From contig NC_068982.1 of assembly GCF_001194135.2 (NCBI RefSeq), positions 10,069,977-10,133,976 of the forward strand: 64,000 nt of DNA, written 5' to 3'. The notes below the pieces were generated by a model. It was not told where the DNA came from. It made no database searches and saw only the letters and a list, made by a program, of their open reading frames with translations. The DNA is from Octopus bimaculoides (taxonomy: Eukaryota). Both the position numbers and the translations under genes were made by a program. Positions 61,255 to 64,000 of the stretch are shown here, piece by piece (the stretch's first letter is position 1; each line of letters starts with the position of its first letter).

Positions 61255-61650
61255 GAATGAAAGGAAAATTATATTCTTTAACATTTGTTTTCGATGCTGG
61301 CACGAGTTGGGCGGCTTGGCAGGACTGGTCAGCTGAAGAGCTGCTAAGACTCCATGTCTGTTTTGGTATGGTTTCTACGTATGACTGGGCGCCTTTCCTA
61401 ATGCCAAACACTACACAGCACCAGTACGGGTGCATTTATGTGGCACCATCACCCATGAGCCCACAAGATTAGGAATGCTTGGCTCGAGAGGGATGCAGGG
61501 GACATGTCTGCATGCAAGAATAACCTTGATTTTATTTAGCTCAACATGTCTTCTGAAGTACAGCAAATGACAAAGATTCTCGGTTCCCCGTCATCCCATC
61601 GTACTCCTGTGATCCAGATAATACTGTTGAGTCTGTGCAGCCCTCTCTCA
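61255..61650 (-). mobile_element. Divergent RTE LINE 3' end
   Basis: YDGMTGNRESLSFAVLQKTC*, then tttggcattaggaaaggcgcccag...gtagaaaccatacc...gccagcatcgaaaac. Confidence 0.7.
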
Positions 61651-61940
61651 CATATACTCTCACCCACATCCATAAAATCTTTAAACTAGGAAATATCCAG
61701 ACAGGATTGAAGCAGACAGGGAGTAGAGTGGGCACGTCATTGACAATGCCAGGAATAGCAACGAAAGGAATTTACAAAACACCTAGACAATTGAACAATT
61801 AATCAAACAATCAATTAGTTAATAGGTTAAATGCTAACAAATTGATTAATAAAGAATTGAAATAGAGCCAATGCATGTGTTTGTTATTAGCAAAATGAAC
61901 CTCCTGTTTCAATATCTGTTTCAATATATAAGTTTGTAGA

Positions 61941-62535
61941 AGGCGGCGAGCTGGCAGAAATGTTAACATGCCGGGCAAAATGCTTAGTGGTATTTCGTCT
62001 GTCTTTACGTTCCGAGTTCAAATTCCGCTGTGGTCGACTTTGCCTTTCATCCTTTCAGGTTGATAAATTAGATACCACTTGTGTATTGGAGTCCATCTAA
62101 TCGACTGACCCCCCCCCCCAAACAAAAAATTTAGAGCCTTGTGCCTAGAGTAGAAAAGAATATTTTAAGGCGGTGAGTTGGCAGAAACGTTAACGCGCCA
62201 GGTGAAATGCTTAGCGGTATTTCGTCTTTACATTTCTGAGTTCAAATTCCACCGAAGTCGACGTTACCTTTCATCCTTTCAGGATCGATAGCCTAAGTAC
62301 CAGTCACGTACTGGGTCGATCTAATCGACTGCCCCTCCCCCAAAATTTCAGGCCTTTTCTATTTATAAGGCAGCGAGCTGGCAGAAACGTTAGAGGTGTG
62401 TCTTTACGTTCTGAGTTGAAATCCCGCCGAGGTCAACTTTGCCTTTCGTCCTTTCTGGGTCGATAAATTAAGTACCAGTCGACTGGCCCCCTCCCTCCTC
62501 AAAATTTCAGGCCTTGTGCCTAGAGTAGAAAAGAT
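61941..62535 (+). mobile_element. Three tandem family B SINEs (tail type 2)
   Basis: Copies start with aaggc at about 61941, 62168 and 62368. Confidence 0.9.
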
Positions 62536-63079
62536 CATTAGCAAAATGATCCTCCTGAGATACAAAACCTGTTTAAAAAATGTAGCAAATCAAACACGAA
62601 AAGGAAATCTGACAGGGAATACTCTTGTGCGATGATTGTAAGGGTAAGAATTTACCAAATATGATGCCAGATTTTTTATTGCTAAAAATTAGAAATATTA
62701 GAAAGATAGTTAGTGTTTCTTGAGAAATAAACCACTCAGCTGAAATTGTAGAATGTGATAAATTTATTACAAACAATGTTTTTATTATCTGTGACAAAAA
62801 TACGCCGTTCATCTTTATCTCACGGAAATTCTATTTGCATTTCAATGAACTACAATAGGAAGGTAATATATTTCATATATCTGCTTATGACATCCCATCA
62901 ACGGTGATGACAGCGTTGATCCAAGACATTCATCGTCTACTGCCTCCGGTTCATCGTTTCTCATGGGGGCAGACGTGGCTGACAAAACCGATATGAGATA
63001 GGCACATCCTGTGTCACTTGAGAGACCAGAAAGTGACCCTGAACAACAGGCAGTGTCCTGTGTTCAGTTTCAAAGCGCC

Positions 63080-63290
63080 CTACTCCAACACAATAGACGG
63101 ACCTCTATGCTTTCCAGTTAACCGACCAGAGTCTCCAACCGATTGGGTAGGACACTGCATAAAATGAGAGAGGGTTGGAGATGATCACGAAAACGAAGTT
63201 TTGGACATCCATGTGGCCTTCTTCCAGTCTCGATCTCACTGAAGTGGATCGTCTTTGAGAGCTGGTTGTCAGGATATATATACCTACACT
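63080..63290 (+). pseudogene. Decayed Tc1/mariner (DD37D-like) transposase fragment
   Basis: YAFQL.D, then KFWTSMWPSSSLDLTEVDRL* (compare WPxxSPDLNPLDYxxW). Confidence 0.45.
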
Positions 63291-63441
63291 ACGTAAAATG
63301 TATATAGATACACAATAGTTATAAATATTGTATGAAATTGTACATTAATTCATCATTCATTCCCGAACTTTATTATTTATTTACTTATATTTTTGGTATT
63401 ATTTTATCATTACGCTCATCTTGTGTTATGGGAGTAAACCC

Positions 63442-63655
63442 TTTTTTACTCTAAGCACAAAGCCCGAAATTTTAGAGGAGGGGGCCAGTCGATTAGATCG
63501 ACTCCAGTACGCAACTGGTACTTAATTTAACAACCCCGAAAGGATGAAAGGCAAAGTCGACCTCGGTAGAATTTGAACTCAAAACATAAAGACAGATGAA
63601 ATACCGCTAAGCATTTCGCCCGGCGTGCTAACGTTTCTGCCAGCTCGCTGCCTTA
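63442..63655 (-). mobile_element. Family B SINE with tail type 2
   Basis: Near-consensus reverse copy. Confidence 0.9.
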
Positions 63656-64000
63656 TGAGAGTAAAAACTTTCTTTATATTTGAGATTGCATCGTATTAAA
63701 ATAAATAAAACACTTTTAAGTTGACTGAAATGAAAGTATTACATCTCTCTTAGGAAAACGAGAAATGGGCTTTCAGTATTTTCAGGTACTTGTAAGGACA
63801 AAAAAAATTGTAAAATAAAATGAATTTACTCAGTCAAAGCACTTTACCACTCTTGTAAAGATTTGAACTTGACAGTTTAGAAGTTTGAAACTTTTTATAT
63901 CGAAAATTAAAGTGGTACTTATACTTATTTCTAAGGAGAATATTCTGAACATTGGTTATACATTAAAACTGTTGATTTCTCATAATGTAAATTAAATTAA

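Overview
AT-rich eukaryotic genomic DNA from a gapped short-read scaffold with many N runs. It is dominated by (TA)n/(TG)n/(CA)n/(GAT)n/(TAA)n microsatellites and interspersed repeats. The repeat families look like those of an octopus/coleoid cephalopod genome, which is my inference from recognition rather than a search result. I find no intact host protein-coding gene, rRNA, true tRNA or CRISPR array, so the window reads as intergenic or deep intronic. Nearly all ORFs in the track are microsatellite, N-run or antisense-SINE artefacts. The real coding remnants are all transposon-derived: RTE-clade LINE RT and 3' ends, an R4/Dong-type restriction-like-endonuclease LINE end, two Ty3/Gypsy pol fossils, mariner and DD37D transposases, and weaker hAT, piggyBac and APE traces. 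At least four tRNA-headed SINE families are present, along with piggyBac-type TTAA MITEs, a hAT MITE and LTR-like segments. The most interesting signal is a tRNA-headed SINE-like family (called family D here) whose body carries a minimal type I hammerhead-ribozyme motif of the kind known from Penelope-like elements. At four separate loci it sits as head-to-head inverted pairs. Three further unrelated hammerhead-like motifs, a 102-bp near-perfect palindrome and a variable hairpin array in the RTE 3' UTR are also noted. All alignments and folds were done by eye.
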